Assembly: GCA_002419055.1 (NCBI GenBank)
Contig: DIFI01000009.1
Coordinates: forward strand, 69,875-133,874
Source: Peptococcaceae bacterium UBA5752
GTDB lineage: Bacteria; Bacillota; Dehalobacteriia; UBA4068
Reading direction: 5' to 3'
Length of the DNA: 64,000 nt
Shown: positions 62,535-64,000 of the stretch, one piece after another
How positions within the stretch are numbered: the stretch's first letter is position 1
Layout of the letters: each line of letters begins with the position of its first letter
Translations under genes and position numbers: made by a program
Notes under the pieces: model-generated
Database searches by the model: none
Told to the model about the DNA's origin: nothing
What the model saw: the letters and a program-made list of their open reading frames with translations, nothing else

Positions 62535-64000
62535 ATGACAATCAGTTACCTTGAAATATTGTTTAAAGTGTTTGTTTATGGAGAGCTAATAATTGATAGT
62601 CTGATTGCGATTGCTCTTATCGCCGCAATTATAGCATTTGTTATTGTGTTACTGGTTACACTCCTTCAAAATAAATATCACAGTTATATGTTTGCTATGT
62701 TTTTCGTATTCGTTATTTGTTTATTTTTTGTTGCCCAATTTATTTATATTCAGTTTTTCCGTACGCCAATGCTGTTTTATTCAATATTCCACGGTGAGAG
62801 CGCCGTTGCTCAATTTTCAGGTGAAGTATGGGATTGTATGATCGAAGACTTCCCTAAAATATTGTTAATGTTAGCGCCGATTCCTTTAATATTTTTTACT
62901 AAAAAAAGCTTTATTCAAAAAGCTAGCGCCACCGGTAGGGTGATATTGTCATCACTGGTGATTATCATTTTTTTAATCTTTATCGGTTTTATTAATTGCA
63001 GTGATAATTCCCCGGGAAGTTCTCATTCTCTTATTTATGATGTCAATGTGCCGATCTTGAACCAACAGTATTTTGGCGTGATGGGTAATATCATTATTGA
63101 TGCGAAAAGGACGATACTTGGTTTTGAACCGCATGATTCATTTAATAAAGATAACAAGTCGATTGCAGTTAATGCTAAAATGGATGAAAATGCGGAAGCT
63201 AATGCTTTTGATATAGATTTTGCCTCCCTGGCCGAAGCCCAAACCGATCAAGACATTGCCGCTATTGACAGCTATTTTGCATCTGTTCAACCGACATACC
63301 AAAACGATCATACCGGTATGTTTGCCGGCTGCAATCTGATATTTATTACCGCCGAATCCTTTTCTCAATATCTGCTGGATGATCAGTATGCCGATCTCTT
63401 TCCGACGCTGCGGCGGCTGTCTGATCAGGGATTTAGTTTCAGCAATTTTTACAACCCACTATGGAATGTATCAACAACGGATGGTGAATATGTGTCTTGT
63501 ACCGGCCTTTTGCCGCGTCATGGCACATGGAGTTTTTCCAGTTCATCCGACAATTACTTGCCATTTTGTTTGGGTAACCAGTTTTTGAATGCCGGTTACA
63601 GCCAGCCTATGGCATACCACAACAATTCCTATACCTATTACGGTCGCAATTTATCTCATGCTAATATGGGTTACGAGTTTATTGCCGATGGTAACGGCCT
63701 CAATTTCGATGAAGGTTGGCCAGCCTCAGATTTGCAGATGATGGAACAAAGCGCTAATGATTATATTTCTGAGGCACCATTTCATGCTTACTACATGACG
63801 GTGAGTGGCCACCTGCCATATAGTTTTTCCGGCAATGTTCAGGCATCTAAACACCGTAATCAGGTTGCTGATCTTGATGTATCGACAGAGCTGCAAGCTT
63901 ATATCGCATGTAATATTGAGCTGGAACAAGCTGTTTCTTATCTGATAGATCAGCTTAAGGCGACAGGCCAATTGGAAAACACCGTGATAGTGATCAGCGC
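62535..64000 (+). CDS. LtaS-like sulfatase-family membrane protein (lipoteichoic-acid-synthase-like), 3'-truncated by the window edge
   Basis: The frame is open from the ATG at 62535 to the window end. There are N-terminal TM helices, then a sulfatase-fold ectodomain (NLIFITAESF...WNVSTTDGE...). The track ORF 62638..62841 is out of frame within it. Confidence 0.75.
   Translation, partial: MTISYLEILFKVFVYGELIIDSLIAIALIAAIIAFVIVLLVTLLQNKYHSYMFAMFFVFVICLFFVAQFIYIQFFRTPMLFYSIFHGESAVAQFSGEVWDCMIEDFPKILLMLAPIPLIFFTKKSFIQKASATGRVILSSLVIIIFLIFIGFINCSDNSPGSSHSLIYDVNVPILNQQYFGVMGNIIIDAKRTILGFEPHDSFNKDNKSIAVNAKMDENAEANAFDIDFASLAEAQTDQDIAAIDSYFASVQPTYQNDHTGMFAGCNLIFITAESFSQYLLDDQYADLFPTLRRLSDQGFSFSNFYNPLWNVSTTDGEYVSCTGLLPRHGTWSFSSSSDNYLPFCLGNQFLNAGYSQPMAYHNNSYTYYGRNLSHANMGYEFIADGNGLNFDEGWPASDLQMMEQSANDYISEAPFHAYYMTVSGHLPYSFSGNVQASKHRNQVADLDVSTELQAYIACNIELEQAVSYLIDQLKATGQLENTVIVIS

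Noticed and set aside
62638-62841. 67-aa ORF at the end of the window
   Set aside because: It is out of frame within the long LtaS-like open frame that starts at 62535 and runs off the window.

Overview
This looks like a low-GC Firmicutes-type chromosome; the exact taxon is not determinable by eye. It splits into two very different parts.

Positions 1 to about 13,100 form a horizontally acquired defence island, compositionally distinct from the rest. It contains the 3' end of a type I R-M specificity gene (hsdS), a complete hsdR, and a large ImmA/IrrE-like HExxH metallopeptidase-domain protein. Next comes a McrB-like AAA+ GTPase gene. It carries an internal EVE/PUA-like insertion. A McrC-like PD-(D/E)xK nuclease gene follows, and two further overlapping genes (a 356-aa helical protein and a 59-aa zinc-ribbon/TM peptide) are translationally coupled to it. 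A separate, more AT-rich module follows, encoding an overlapping pair: a 435-aa unknown protein and a 523-aa SF1 RecD/Dda-like helicase. No integrase, tRNA or CRISPR array is visible.

Positions about 13,300 to 64,000 are ordinary core genome at roughly 40% GC:
- surface hydrolase, uppP, ftsK, rodZ-like, rimO, pgsA, cinA-C, luxS, lon, engB, valS, folC, maf
- mreBCD, mrdA, minCDE, SPFH protein, map, cls, DUF815 ATPase, two tandem MFS transporters
- GNAT and DUF2156 acyltransferases, lgt, ansA, glnS, mntP, glnA, dapF, dapL, nadE, ispE and a partial LtaS-like sulfatase

Two things stand out in the core region. There is a decayed kdp locus: kdpF plus about 34 codons of kdpA joined, after about 150 nt, to the last about 35 codons of kdpE. 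PBP2 ends in a (CAGCAA)5-encoded poly-Q tail.

The candidate novel systems are the expanded McrBC-like four-gene operon and the unknown-protein/helicase pair inside the island.
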